From Candidatus Limihabitans stercoravium (GTDB lineage Bacteria > Bacillota > Clostridia > Christensenellales > CAG-314): a DNA stretch of 64,000 nucleotides. Below are positions 1 to 9,322 of the stretch, one piece after another. Under the pieces are notes generated by a model. The model made no database searches and was not told where the DNA came from. It was given only the letters and a program-made list of their open reading frames with translations. The position numbers and the translations under genes are program-made. The first letter of the stretch is position 1. The number at the start of each line of letters is the position of its first letter. The stretch covers positions 13,172 through 77,171 of the forward strand of contig DVLO01000022.1 in the NCBI GenBank assembly GCA_018715495.1, read 5' to 3'.

Positions 1-1
1 C

Positions 2-910
2 GAAGCTATCAAGAATGCCGATCTGACAAAAGCCGATCTCAACAAGCGCTACCAGGAAGCAGGCGAAGAACGTATGCGCCTTGGTACCGAAACGGAAAAC
101 ATCAGGGGTGCTATTGACAAGGAACAGTACATTCTGGAAAGAATTGACCTTGACCTAGAAGAAATGCAACAGCACATCAACGATGATTACGGTATCACCT
201 ATTCGGCAGCAATGCAGTTTAAGGATGACGACTTTGACGCAAGCAACTGCAAACAGGTTATTTCCGATCTGCGCACAGCTATCAATAAATTGGGCTACGT
301 CAATGTAAATTCTATTGAAGAATTGAAGCAAGTTGAGGAACGTTACGGCGATATTACAACGCAACTTAATGACCTCAAGCAGGCGGAAAGTGATCTTCAG
401 GACATCCTGAAAGAACTTACCGTTGAAATTGAAGCACGATTTGAAAAGGGAATGGAAGAAATCAACGATAATTTCAAGGTAGTATTCCGCGAACTGTTTA
501 ATGGTGGTAACGCTAAACTTACACTTGATAGAGACGAAACAAAGAACTCTCTTGACTACGGCGTTGAAATCGAAGCTCAACCGCCGGGAAAGAAATTGCA
601 GAACATCTCATTGTTGTCAGGTGGTGAACGTACCATGACGGCGGCGGCAATACTTTTTGCAATCTTGAAACTTCATCCAATGCCTTTCTGTGTACTGGAC
701 GAAATTGAAGCTGCGTTGGACGATGCTAATGCCGAACGCATTGCAAGATATCTGCGCAAGTTCTCTACATCAACACAATTTGTAGTAATCACCCACAAAA
801 AGCCTACAATGGAAAACGCCGATGTTTTGTACGGTGTTACAATGGAAGAAAAGGGCGTTTCCAAGATTGTTTCCGTTAAACTTACAGAGGCAATCAGGCA
901 GGCTATGTAA
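2..910 (+). CDS. smc: Chromosome partition protein SMC, C-terminal fragment (5' end is upstream of the window)
   Basis: The frame is open from the window edge. It carries the ABC signature LLSGGERTMTAAAILFAILK and Walker B FCVLDEIEAALD. ftsY follows, as in Bacillota rnc-smc-ftsY. Confidence 0.9.
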   Translation, partial: EAIKNADLTKADLNKRYQEAGEERMRLGTETENIRGAIDKEQYILERIDLDLEEMQQHINDDYGITYSAAMQFKDDDFDASNCKQVISDLRTAINKLGYVNVNSIEELKQVEERYGDITTQLNDLKQAESDLQDILKELTVEIEARFEKGMEEINDNFKVVFRELFNGGNAKLTLDRDETKNSLDYGVEIEAQPPGKKLQNISLLSGGERTMTAAAILFAILKLHPMPFCVLDEIEAALDDANAERIARYLRKFSTSTQFVVITHKKPTMENADVLYGVTMEEKGVSKIVSVKLTEAIRQAM

Positions 911-921
911 AGAGGTAAATT

Positions 922-1815
922 ATGGGATTTTTCAAAAAAATTATTGACGGTTTGAAGAAGACTAAGCAAGCTATCGGATTCAAACTCAATGAATTGTTCA
1001 AGCGTGGAATTTTCGATGAGGAGTTCTACGAAGAACTGGAGTTCATTTTGCTTGGTGCGGACGTAGGTGCTGAAACAACGGAAAACATCATCGAAGAACT
1101 TCGTGAACGCATGCGTCGTGACAGTGTTTCCGATACAGCAAAGGCACGTGAGTATTTGAAGGGAATCTTGCTTGAAATACTGGGGGACGACCAATTTGAG
1201 TTGGAATGTCCTGCAGTAATCATGGTGTCGGGTGTAAACGGTGTTGGTAAGACAACAACTATCGGTAAACTTGCCAATATCTTTGTAAAGCAGAAAAAAT
1301 CCGTATTGATTGCAGCAGCCGACACATTCCGTGCCGCAGCAGGCGAACAACTTGACGTATGGGCTAAACGTGCCAACGTGCGTATAATCAAGCATGAAGA
1401 AGGTTCCGATCCCGCATCAGTTGTATTCGATGCCGTAAGTTCCGCTAAAAGCCGTGGCAATGACGTAGTGTTGGTTGACACAGCGGGCAGACTTCACAAC
1501 AAGAAAAACCTCATGGAAGAATTGAAGAAGATCAACCGTGTAATTGACCGTGAATTTCCCGAAGCTGTACGTTACAATCTGATTGTACTTGATGCAACCA
1601 CGGGGCAAAACGCTGTTCAACAGGTAGAAATTTTCAATGAAGCAATTGACATCGACGGCATTGTTCTTACAAAACTTGACGGAACAGCCAAGGGCGGTGT
1701 GGTTCTTGCAATCAAGGATACAATGGACATTCCCGTTTACTTCGTGGGCGTTGGTGAAGGCATTGACGACCTGATGTTGTTTGATGCAAATTCCTACGTT
1801 GAAGGGATTTTGTAA
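922..1815 (+). CDS. ftsY: Signal recognition particle receptor FtsY
   Basis: SRP-GTPase motifs GVNGVGKTTTIGKLA, DTAGRLH and TKLDGTAKGG. ATG start follows a GAGG-type RBS. Confidence 0.95.
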   Translation: MGFFKKIIDGLKKTKQAIGFKLNELFKRGIFDEEFYEELEFILLGADVGAETTENIIEELRERMRRDSVSDTAKAREYLKGILLEILGDDQFELECPAVIMVSGVNGVGKTTTIGKLANIFVKQKKSVLIAAADTFRAAAGEQLDVWAKRANVRIIKHEEGSDPASVVFDAVSSAKSRGNDVVLVDTAGRLHNKKNLMEELKKINRVIDREFPEAVRYNLIVLDATTGQNAVQQVEIFNEAIDIDGIVLTKLDGTAKGGVVLAIKDTMDIPVYFVGVGEGIDDLMLFDANSYVEGIL

Positions 1816-1842
1816 AAAAATTTTCACAGCCTTGTCAAATGC

Positions 1843-1871
1843 TTGACAATACGGTTTAGGTAATGTATATT
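1843..1871 (+). promoter_or_regulatory. Putative sigma-A promoter for ylxM-ffh
   Basis: TTGACA (1843-1848), 17-nt spacer, TATATT (1866-1871). Confidence 0.45.
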
Positions 1872-1873
1872 AT

Positions 1874-1910
1874 GGGTGTAAAGTTGTTTTACTTTACACC
1901 CTATATTGTA
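1874..1910 (+). terminator. Hairpin after ftsY; weak terminator or ylxM-ffh leader element
   Basis: GGGTGTAAAGT (1874-1884) pairs perfectly with ACTTTACACCC (1891-1901) across a 6-nt loop. The tail TATATTGTAT is only moderately U-rich. Confidence 0.35.
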
Positions 1911-1924
1911 TAACAGGGGCAGAT

Positions 1925-2254
1925 ATGGACAAACTTTCTAAAATTGACATTTCCGTATTGAAGGACATCTACGGAGCAATGCTGACCGACAGGCAGTCGG
2001 AAGTGTTGCAGATGTACTGTGATTGCGATTGTTCATTGGGCGAAATTGCCGAACAAACGGGCATTTCCAGACAAGGGGTGCGTGACGCAATCGTCAATGG
2101 GGAGAAAACTCTTGTCAATCTTGAAAACAAACTGCATCTGTTGGCTGACAAGCGCAAGCGCATGGAAAATCTTGTGGAATTGAAAGCCCACCTTTTAAAT
2201 GACGATTGTCAGAAGGCGTTGCAGGTTGTTGACAAAATGATATTTGGAGAGTAG
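1925..2254 (+). CDS. ylxM: UPF0122 helix-turn-helix protein YlxM (SRP operon accessory protein)
   Basis: 109 aa, sigma-70 region 4-like HTH (LGEIAEQTGISRQGVRDAI). It sits directly upstream of ffh, the conserved position. Confidence 0.85.
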   Translation: MDKLSKIDISVLKDIYGAMLTDRQSEVLQMYCDCDCSLGEIAEQTGISRQGVRDAIVNGEKTLVNLENKLHLLADKRKRMENLVELKAHLLNDDCQKALQVVDKMIFGE

Positions 2255-2257
2255 AAC

Positions 2258-3568
2258 ATGGCATTATTTCAAAATTTATCAGATAAAATCAACCACGCAT
2301 TTTCCAAGTTGACAAACAGAGGTGCGTTGACGGAACTTGAAATCAAGCAGGCAATGCGTGAAGTTCGTGTTGCATTGTTGGAAGCGGACGTCAACTACAC
2401 AGTGGCTAAGGACTTCATCGCCAAGGTTACCGAAAAGGCAATGGGCGAACAGATCTTAAAGAGTCTTACTCCCGGTCAACAGGTAATCAAGGTTGTAAAC
2501 GAAGAACTGTGTGAACTGATGGGTTCTACTCAGAGCAAGCTTGCGATTTCTTCCAAGTTGCCTACCGTCATCATGATGTGCGGTTTGCAAGGTGCAGGTA
2601 AGACCACAATGTGCGGTAAACTTGCATTACATCTTAAGAAACAAGGTAAGAAAGTTCTTCTTGTTGCAGACGACATCTATCGTCCTGCGGCAATCAATCA
2701 GTTGGAAATCGTTTCGGGCAAATCGGGTGCAGGTTTCTTCCAGATGGGACAGACCAATCCCACCAAGATTGCAACAAGCGGTGTTGAATTTGCCAAGAAA
2801 AACGGCTACGACACAGTAATCATCGATACCGCAGGTCGTCTTCACATCAACGAAGAACTGATGGACGAACTGAAAAACATCAAGAAGGCTGTTGAAATCA
2901 CCGAAACATTGCTGGTAGTAGACGCAATGACAGGTCAGGACGCTGTAAACGTTGCTAAGTCTTTCGACGAAGCGCTTGATATTACAGGCGTAATTGTGAC
3001 CAAACTTGACGGCGACACCCGTGGCGGTGCAACATTGTCTGTCAAGGCAGTAACAGGCAAGCCCATCAAGTTCTGCGGTGTGGGTGAGAAAATGGAAGAT
3101 CTTGAACCTTTCCATCCCGACCGTATGGCATCACGTATTCTTGGTATGGGCGACGTGCTGACGTTGATTGAAAAGGCACAAGCGACAATAAATGAAGAAG
3201 ACGCCAAGAAGATGGCGAAGAAGTTGAAAGAAGCGTCCTTCGACCTCAATGACTTCTTGGAACAGTATGACCAGGTTGCCAAGATGGGTAACATCAACGA
3301 CCTTGTAAGCATGATTCCCGGTGCAAACAAATTGAAACTGGGATCTGCTGAAATCGACGAAAAGCAAATCAAACGTAACAAGTGCATCATTCAGTCCATG
3401 ACGATGGAAGAACGTAGCAATCCCAAGTTGCTCAACTTCTCAAGAAGAAAGCGTATTGCAATGGGTAGTGGCACAACAGTACAGGATGTCAACAAACTCA
3501 TCAAACAGTACGAACAGACCAAGGACATGATGAAGCGTTTCGGTAAGTCCAAGCGACTTCCTTTCTAA
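2258..3568 (+). CDS. ffh: Signal recognition particle protein Ffh
   Basis: GLQGAGKTTMCGKLA, DTAGRLH and TKLDGDTRGG motifs, plus a Met-rich M domain at the C-terminus. Confidence 0.97.
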   Translation: MALFQNLSDKINHAFSKLTNRGALTELEIKQAMREVRVALLEADVNYTVAKDFIAKVTEKAMGEQILKSLTPGQQVIKVVNEELCELMGSTQSKLAISSKLPTVIMMCGLQGAGKTTMCGKLALHLKKQGKKVLLVADDIYRPAAINQLEIVSGKSGAGFFQMGQTNPTKIATSGVEFAKKNGYDTVIIDTAGRLHINEELMDELKNIKKAVEITETLLVVDAMTGQDAVNVAKSFDEALDITGVIVTKLDGDTRGGATLSVKAVTGKPIKFCGVGEKMEDLEPFHPDRMASRILGMGDVLTLIEKAQATINEEDAKKMAKKLKEASFDLNDFLEQYDQVAKMGNINDLVSMIPGANKLKLGSAEIDEKQIKRNKCIIQSMTMEERSNPKLLNFSRRKRIAMGSGTTVQDVNKLIKQYEQTKDMMKRFGKSKRLPF

Positions 3569-3629
3569 TCAGTTAGCGTGCGTTATTCGCTAAACATAAA
3601 TTAAACAATTATTTACGGAGGAACTACAA

Positions 3630-3893
3630 ATGGCAGTAAAAATGAGATTGACAAGATTGGGTGACAAGAAGTCTCCTTTCTATCGTGTGGTTGTAATCGA
3701 TTCTCACAAGGCTCGTGACGGACAATACGTTGACCTTGTTGGTACTTACGATCCCTTGAAGGCTGAAGGCGGTTTGAAGCTGGACGTTGAAAAGGCTAAG
3801 AAGTGGATTGAATGTGGTGTTCAACCTACCGAAACAGTTAAGTCCTTGCTTGTTAAAGAAGGCGTAATCGCTCCTAAGAAGATCAAGGGCTAA
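3630..3893 (+). CDS. rpsP: 30S ribosomal protein S16
   Basis: MAVKMRLTRLGDKKSPFYRVVV is the canonical S16 N-terminus. Strong GGAGG RBS. Confidence 0.97.
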   Translation: MAVKMRLTRLGDKKSPFYRVVVIDSHKARDGQYVDLVGTYDPLKAEGGLKLDVEKAKKWIECGVQPTETVKSLLVKEGVIAPKKIKG

Positions 3894-3897
3894 AACT

Positions 3898-4128
3898 ATG
3901 ACGGAACTTATCAAGTACATTGTCGAGCAACTTGTGGAAGACAAAGACGCCATTGAAATTACCCGTGTCGATGAAGAAAACGTCGTGAAGATCACCATCA
4001 AGGTGGCTGACGGGGACATTGGCAAGGTAATCGGCAAACAGGGCAAGATTGCTTCCGCTATTCGCACATTGGCTAAGGCGGTAGGTATTAAGGAAGGCGT
4101 AAAGTATTCCATCGATATTCTTGACTGA
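3898..4128 (+). CDS. KH-domain RNA-binding protein (YlqC/UPF0109 family)
   Basis: 76 aa with the KH motif GKVIGKQGKIASAIRTL. Conserved position between rpsP and rimM. Confidence 0.85.
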   Translation: MTELIKYIVEQLVEDKDAIEITRVDEENVVKITIKVADGDIGKVIGKQGKIASAIRTLAKAVGIKEGVKYSIDILD

Positions 4129-4134
4129 TCAGTC

Positions 4135-4171
4135 GCCACAGGCTCCTAATTGAGCTTGTGGCATTTTTTTT
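4135..4171 (+). terminator. Intrinsic terminator-like hairpin inside the rpsP-rimM-trmD cluster
   Basis: GCCACAGGCTC (4135-4145) pairs with GAGCTTGTGGC (4152-4162), one G:U pair, 6-nt loop. An 8-T run follows (4164-4171). Confidence 0.6.
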
Positions 4172-4181
4172 GGGGTACATA

Positions 4182-4685
4182 ATGAAGATTTTAATTGGTA
4201 AAATTGTCAAAGCGCAAGGTATTAAGGGGGAAGTCAAGGTAGAGTGTTACCTTGACAGTCCTGCTGTGCTGAAAAAGGTTTCAACATTGTTTGTGGGAAC
4301 AACAAGCCGTGCTGTCAAGAGTGTTCGTCCGTCTAAAGACTGCTGGTACGTTTCCTTTGTCGGTGTGGATGACCGCAATACGGCGGAAACATTGCGTGGC
4401 TGGGAAGTGTACGCACTGCGTACCGATGTTGAACTTGCCGAAGGCAGTTACTTTCTGGAAGACGTCATCGGGTGCGATGTGTTTTTGGACAATGGCAAAC
4501 GTGTTGGCGAAGTAACGGAGGTATTGCAATACGGCAGTGCGGACGTCTACATTGTCAAGGACGGTAAAAAGAGTTTGTCTTTTCCGTGGCTCAAAGATCT
4601 CATTTCCAATGTTGACGTACAGTCCAAGCGTATCACGTTAAACAACGACCGTTTTGAACAGGTGGTAGTGTACGATGAAGATTGA
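4182..4685 (+). CDS. rimM: 16S rRNA processing protein RimM
   Basis: MKILIGKIVKAQGIKGEVKV is the RimM N-terminal signature, with a PRC barrel at the C-terminus. I chose ATG 4182 because the tracked GTG at 4158 lies inside the upstream terminator hairpin. Confidence 0.9.
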   Translation: MKILIGKIVKAQGIKGEVKVECYLDSPAVLKKVSTLFVGTTSRAVKSVRPSKDCWYVSFVGVDDRNTAETLRGWEVYALRTDVELAEGSYFLEDVIGCDVFLDNGKRVGEVTEVLQYGSADVYIVKDGKKSLSFPWLKDLISNVDVQSKRITLNNDRFEQVVVYDED

Positions 4686-5355
4686 TGTCTTGACGCTTTT
4701 CCCCGAAATGTTTGACGTGTTCAATCACTCTCTTATGGGTAAGGCACAGGAAAAGCAACTGTTTACATTGAATCGTCACAACATTCGTGACTACTCTTTG
4801 GACAAACACAAGCGTTGTGATGACTATCCTTTTGGCGGTGGCGCAGGAATGGTCATGATGCCACAGCCTATTCACGATTGTATAATGGCTGTCGATCCTT
4901 CCCACACGGCATTGCGTATATTTATGTCGCCCAAGGGGGAGACGTTGTCGCAGAAAAAGGTTGCACAACTTGCCAACTGCGATCATCTTCTCATCTTGTG
5001 CGGACATTACGAAGGTGTGGATCAGCGTGTGTTGGACAGTGACATTGACTGCGAAATTTCTATTGGCGACTACGTGTTGTCGGGTGGTGAAATTCCTGCA
5101 ATGGTGTTGATTGACAGTGTTGCAAGATACATTCCCGAAGTATTGGGCAACAGAGAAGCAACTGTTGAAGAATCCTTTTCATCCAATTTGCTGGAATATC
5201 CTCAATACACCCGTCCGCAGGAATTCAACGGCATGAAAGTGCCCGATGTTCTTGTGTCGGGTAACCATCAACTTGTAGATGAGTGGCGACGTCAACAATC
5301 GTTGGAATTGACGAAAAAACTTCGTCCCGATTTACTTAAAAAAGGTGATTTATGA
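4675..5355 (+). CDS. trmD: tRNA (guanine37-N1)-methyltransferase TrmD
   Basis: MKIDVLTLFPEMF start and the SIGDYVLSGGEIPAMVLIDSV SAM-binding knot motif. Overlaps the rimM stop. Confidence 0.95.
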   Translation: MKIDVLTLFPEMFDVFNHSLMGKAQEKQLFTLNRHNIRDYSLDKHKRCDDYPFGGGAGMVMMPQPIHDCIMAVDPSHTALRIFMSPKGETLSQKKVAQLANCDHLLILCGHYEGVDQRVLDSDIDCEISIGDYVLSGGEIPAMVLIDSVARYIPEVLGNREATVEESFSSNLLEYPQYTRPQEFNGMKVPDVLVSGNHQLVDEWRRQQSLELTKKLRPDLLKKGDL

Positions 5356-6218
5356 GTATACAATGGTTTCCGGGGCATATGACAAAGGCGCTTCGCATGA
5401 TGCAGGACAACATTGCATTGAGCGATGCCGTTGGATACGTGCTGGACGCAAGAGCGCCTGCATCGTCATTTAATCCCGAACTGGACAAGATCACAGGCAG
5501 CAAACCCTGTGTATATATATTGAATAAATGCGACCTTGCCGATGACAGCAAAATCAAGGCTTGGGATGAATTTTTCCGTTCGAAGGGAAGTTTGTGTGTC
5601 AAGGTTTCGGCAACTAAACTTGGCGATGCGTCAAGAATTGCATCGGCGTTTGTTGAAGCAACGGCAAGCGTTTCGGAAAAGTATCGCAAGAAAGGTATTG
5701 TTCGTCCCGTCAGAGTCATGATTCTAGGGATTCCCAATAGCGGAAAATCCACAATCATCAACTGTCTTGCAGGCAAGAAGTCAGTAATTACAGGGGACAA
5801 ACCAGGCGTTACAAAGGGCAAGCAGTGGGTTAGGTTGTCTGTTGGCATTGAACTTTTGGACACTCCCGGTACTTTGTGGCCGAAGTTCGACAATCAGACT
5901 GTTGCTTACAGGTTGTGTTTTGTGGGTAGTATCAAGGATGAGGTTGTGGATGATTTGTATGACGTTTCAACTAATCTGCTCACTCAACTAAAAGAACAGT
6001 ATCCACAGTTGTTGAAGGAAAGATACAAGTTGGACAGTATTGACATGGACGCAAATCAACTTCATGAGACAATTGCACGCAAACGTGGATTTGTCGTGCG
6101 TGGGGGAGAGACAGACTGGGAAAGATGTTCCAAGGCAATTCTGGACGACTTCCGCAAGGGCAGAATAGGAAAGATTACTTTTGAACTGCCCGACGACATC
6201 GCAAGGTTGTCGAAGTGA
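5352..6218 (+). CDS. rbgA: Ribosome biogenesis GTPase A (YlqF/RbgA)
   Basis: IQWFPGHMTKA start and circularly permuted GTPase motifs (NKCDL ... GIPNSGKSTIIN ... DTPG). Confidence 0.9.
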   Translation: MSIQWFPGHMTKALRMMQDNIALSDAVGYVLDARAPASSFNPELDKITGSKPCVYILNKCDLADDSKIKAWDEFFRSKGSLCVKVSATKLGDASRIASAFVEATASVSEKYRKKGIVRPVRVMILGIPNSGKSTIINCLAGKKSVITGDKPGVTKGKQWVRLSVGIELLDTPGTLWPKFDNQTVAYRLCFVGSIKDEVVDDLYDVSTNLLTQLKEQYPQLLKERYKLDSIDMDANQLHETIARKRGFVVRGGETDWERCSKAILDDFRKGRIGKITFELPDDIARLSK

Positions 6219-6224
6219 GGAAAC

Positions 6225-6806
6225 ATGCTTGATTACGAAATACAAATGCAACAAAAGGGACACACTTTGATTGGCGGAGTGGATGAGGCGGGCAGAGGTC
6301 CGCTTGCCGGTCCTGTTGTTGTGGCAGGGGTAGTAATGCCTCTTGATGATCTCATCGAAGGCGTAAACGACAGCAAGAAACTGTCGGAAAAGAAACGTGA
6401 AAAACTTTACGATGAAATAGTAAAAAAGGCAATCAGTTGGCATGTGGCAATTGTGGACGCAGAGCGTATTGATGAAATAAACATCCTCAATGCAACCAAA
6501 GAAGGTATGTTGCAATGTGTGGAAAATCTGGGTGCAAGCTGTGTGCTGATAGATGCCGTGAAACTTGACAGCAGGGTTGAAACTGTTTCTATCATCAAGG
6601 GCGATCAGTTGAGCTACAACATTGCGGCAGCTAGTATAATTGCTAAAGTCACCCGTGACAGGTTGATGAAACAGTACGCATTGGAGTACCCCAAGTACCA
6701 ATTTGAAAAGCACAAGGGATACGGCACAGCGTTGCACGTTTCGTTGCTGAAAGAGTACGGTCCTTGTCCGTTGCACAGACGTACATTTATAAAGAATTTT
6801 TTTTAA
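6225..6806 (+). CDS. rnhB: Ribonuclease HII
   Basis: GVDEAGRGPLAGPVV catalytic motif and DSKKLS. Confidence 0.93.
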   Translation: MLDYEIQMQQKGHTLIGGVDEAGRGPLAGPVVVAGVVMPLDDLIEGVNDSKKLSEKKREKLYDEIVKKAISWHVAIVDAERIDEINILNATKEGMLQCVENLGASCVLIDAVKLDSRVETVSIIKGDQLSYNIAAASIIAKVTRDRLMKQYALEYPKYQFEKHKGYGTALHVSLLKEYGPCPLHRRTFIKNFF

Positions 6807-6809
6807 GTC

Positions 6810-7163
6810 ATGATTTTTAACAAGTTTACGGGAAAAAGCGGTGAACAAGTAGCTGCAAAATATCTGAAAAGTAAGGGGTACAAGATACTTGACACCAATT
6901 ACCGCTCAAGACACGGTGAAATAGACATTGTGTGCATGCACAAGGGAATGCTTGTCTTTGTAGAAGTCAAGAGTCGCAAGAACCTTTCTTTCGGATTGCC
7001 CCGTGAGGCGGTCACTTACCGTAAACAACAATCTATAATATACACAGCACAGTACTACATTTTTCGCAATGCGCTGGTGGATATTCCCGTCCGATTTGAC
7101 GTAATCGAAGTAGTGGATGACAAGATTTCATCACACATCGAAAACGCATTTCAGTTAAATTGA
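6810..7163 (+). CDS. yraN: YraN family endonuclease (UPF0102)
   Basis: 117 aa. GEQVAAKYLKSKGYKILDTNYRSRHGEIDIV...VFVEVK is the typical YraN motif. Confidence 0.85.
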   Translation: MIFNKFTGKSGEQVAAKYLKSKGYKILDTNYRSRHGEIDIVCMHKGMLVFVEVKSRKNLSFGLPREAVTYRKQQSIIYTAQYYIFRNALVDIPVRFDVIEVVDDKISSHIENAFQLN

Positions 7164-7213
7164 AAGGGATTAAAAATGTTGCGAAAATTACAGTATTTTT
7201 TGTTTTAAAACAG

Positions 7214-7242
7214 TTGCCAATTACAGGCAGGTGTGATAAGAT
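7214..7242 (+). promoter_or_regulatory. Putative sigma-A promoter for rplS
   Basis: TTGCCA (7214-7219), 17-nt spacer, extended -10 TGaTAAGAT (7234-7242). Confidence 0.45.
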
Positions 7243-7333
7243 ATACAAGTGACTTCGGGTGTTCCTCTGGCATGATTTTGTGTACGAACACTTAGTTAAC
7301 TTAAATACAAAATTCAAGGAGGAAAAGTCAACG

Positions 7334-7672
7334 ATGGATATCATCAAGAGCATTGAGCAAGAAAGTCTCAGACAAGTTACTTCCTTCAACGTAGGCGACA
7401 CAGTTCGTGTTATGTTCAAGGTTATCGAAGGTAACAAGGAAAGAATTCAGGCATACGAAGGTATTGTAATCGCTCGTAAGCACGGCGGCTTGAGAGAAAC
7501 CTTTACTGTAAGAAGAATTTCTTCCGGTATCGGCGTAGAAAGAACTTTCCCTGTACACAGTCCTAAGATCGACAACATTATCGTTGTAAGAAAGGGTGCT
7601 GTTAAACGTGCTAAGTTGTACTACTTGCGTGAACGTACAGGTAAGGCTGCTAAGATTCGTGAAAACATCTAA
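7334..7672 (+). CDS. rplS: 50S ribosomal protein L19
   Basis: [10 protein letters not shown]... and FNVGDTVRV...[28 protein letters not shown] lies 8 nt upstream of ATG 7334. The tracked 7259 GTG extension lacks an RBS. Confidence 0.95.
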   Translation: MDIIKSIEQESLRQVTSFNVGDTVRVMFKVIEGNKERIQAYEGIVIARKHGGLRETFTVRRISSGIGVERTFPVHSPKIDNIIVVRKGAVKRAKLYYLRERTGKAAKIRENI

Positions 7673-7687
7673 TTGAAGTAAAGAATT

Positions 7688-7714
7688 CGGGCAATTTGTT
7701 TGCCCGTTTTTTTT
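7688..7714 (+). terminator. Rho-independent terminator after rplS
   Basis: CGGGCAA (7688-7694) pairs with TTGCCCG (7700-7706). A T8 run follows. Confidence 0.8.
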
Positions 7715-7746
7715 ATTCACAAATTTTACAATTTTTGTAAAACCTC

Positions 7747-7775
7747 TTGTATTATTTTGCGCTATACTTTATACT
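7747..7775 (+). promoter_or_regulatory. Putative promoter for comM-dprA-topA
   Basis: TTGTAT (7747-7752), 17-nt spacer, TATACT (7770-7775). Confidence 0.35.
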
Positions 7776-7805
7776 TTATTGAGATTACTTTAAGCAGGTG
7801 GGAGT

Positions 7806-9320
7806 ATGCTAGCTAAAATAAACAGTTACGGATTGCAGGGATTAGAGGGTTTTCCCGTAGAGGCGGAAGTGGACATGCATTCAGGCATGCCTACCTTCGA
7901 CATTGTCGGACTTGCCGACACAGCGGTAAAGGAATCCAAGGAAAGAGTGCGTTCGGCATTGAAGAACTGCGGGTACAACTATCCCGTTGCGTCGGTCGTG
8001 ATAAACCTTGCGCCTGCCGATGTCAAGAAAGAGGGCAGTTACTACGATCTTCCCATTGCAATAGGAATGCTTGTTGCCAGTAAACAGATTCAGATTTTGC
8101 ACAAGGATTGCGTTGTGATGGGCGAATTGTCTCTTAAAGGTGAGTTGCGCAAGATAAAGGGAGTTTTACCCATGCTCATTTCCGCCCGTCAGGCAGGGTA
8201 CAAGAGTGCTTTGATTCCGTCGGGTAATGCCAAGGAGGCACAATACATTGACGGCCTTGACGTGTACTGCGCCGATGATCTGACGCAGGCGGTGGAGTTC
8301 CTGTGCGGACAGCAACATCTTGATCCCGTACCTATTTCCAAGTGGATGGCTTGCGGCAGTGAAAGCAGTCATTACGACTTCAAATACATAAAAGGTCAGT
8401 TTTCGGCAAAAAGAGCCATGGAAATTGCCGTTGCAGGAGGGCATAATATCCTGATGATAGGTCCACCCGGAGCAGGTAAAACCATGCTTGCAAAGGCTGT
8501 TCCTACAATCATGCCCGACATGAGTTTCGATGAAGCGTTGGAAGTTGCCAAGATTCACAGTGTGGCAGGTATATTGGAAGACGGATTTGTGTCGCAACGC
8601 CCCTTCCGCAGTCCTCATCACTCTGCAACGATGGTGTCGTTGACAGGTGGCGGAAACAAGGCTAAACCGGGGGAGATCAGTCTTGCTCACAATGGTGTAC
8701 TGTTTCTTGACGAACTGCCCGAATACGGCAGACGGACATTGGAAACACTTCGCCAGCCGTTGGAAGACGGTGTCATTACAATAGCAAGAAACGCAACAAG
8801 CGTTACTTACCCTGCGCACTTCATGTTGATTGCCAGCATGAATCCCTGTCCGTGTGGTAACTACGGCAGCAGTGTAGAGTGTACATGTTCGGCGTCGCAG
8901 ATACACAAGTATCTGACCAAATTGTCAGGACCGTTGATGGATCGTATCGACATTCATGTTGAAGTGGACAACGTTACTTTTACGCAGTTGACAGAAGAAA
9001 GTTGCGGAGAAAGTTCGGCAACAGTCAAAAAACGTGTAGACGCTGCACGTCAACTTCAGCGTGACAGATTCGGTACTAAGATACATTGCAATGCACAGAT
9101 GACTTCTCAAGATATGGAAAAGTACTGCAAGATTGACAGTCGTTCCTCTGCGCTGTTGCAGGAAAGTTTCGAAAAGCTGCAATTGTCCGCCCGTGCGTAC
9201 AACCGTATATTAAAGGTGGCACGCACAATTGCTGACCTTGATGGCAAGGCGCAGATTGAGGTTCAGCACATTGCCGAAGCATTGCAGTACCGCACATTAG
9301 ACAGAAAATACAGGGTTTAA
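7806..9320 (+). CDS. comM: Mg-chelatase-like AAA+ protein ComM/YifB
   Basis: Lon-protease-like N-domain, Walker A GPPGAGKTMLA, Walker B LFLDELPE, and the C-terminal YifB domain. Confidence 0.9.
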   Translation: MLAKINSYGLQGLEGFPVEAEVDMHSGMPTFDIVGLADTAVKESKERVRSALKNCGYNYPVASVVINLAPADVKKEGSYYDLPIAIGMLVASKQIQILHKDCVVMGELSLKGELRKIKGVLPMLISARQAGYKSALIPSGNAKEAQYIDGLDVYCADDLTQAVEFLCGQQHLDPVPISKWMACGSESSHYDFKYIKGQFSAKRAMEIAVAGGHNILMIGPPGAGKTMLAKAVPTIMPDMSFDEALEVAKIHSVAGILEDGFVSQRPFRSPHHSATMVSLTGGGNKAKPGEISLAHNGVLFLDELPEYGRRTLETLRQPLEDGVITIARNATSVTYPAHFMLIASMNPCPCGNYGSSVECTCSASQIHKYLTKLSGPLMDRIDIHVEVDNVTFTQLTEESCGESSATVKKRVDAARQLQRDRFGTKIHCNAQMTSQDMEKYCKIDSRSSALLQESFEKLQLSARAYNRILKVARTIADLDGKAQIEVQHIAEALQYRTLDRKYRV

Positions 9321-9322
9321 CA

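Noticed and set aside
5988-6848. 286-aa - strand ORF antisense to rbgA, rnhB and yraN. Similar long antisense ORFs occur at 14768-15646, 16826-17641, 32464-33411, 673-1395 and 8166-8906.
   Set aside because: Each lies wholly opposite a confidently identified + strand gene and has Cys/Phe/Leu-rich nonsense-like composition. No - strand promoter, RBS or terminator signals were seen. They are consistent with codon-bias-driven stop-codon depletion on the antisense strand.
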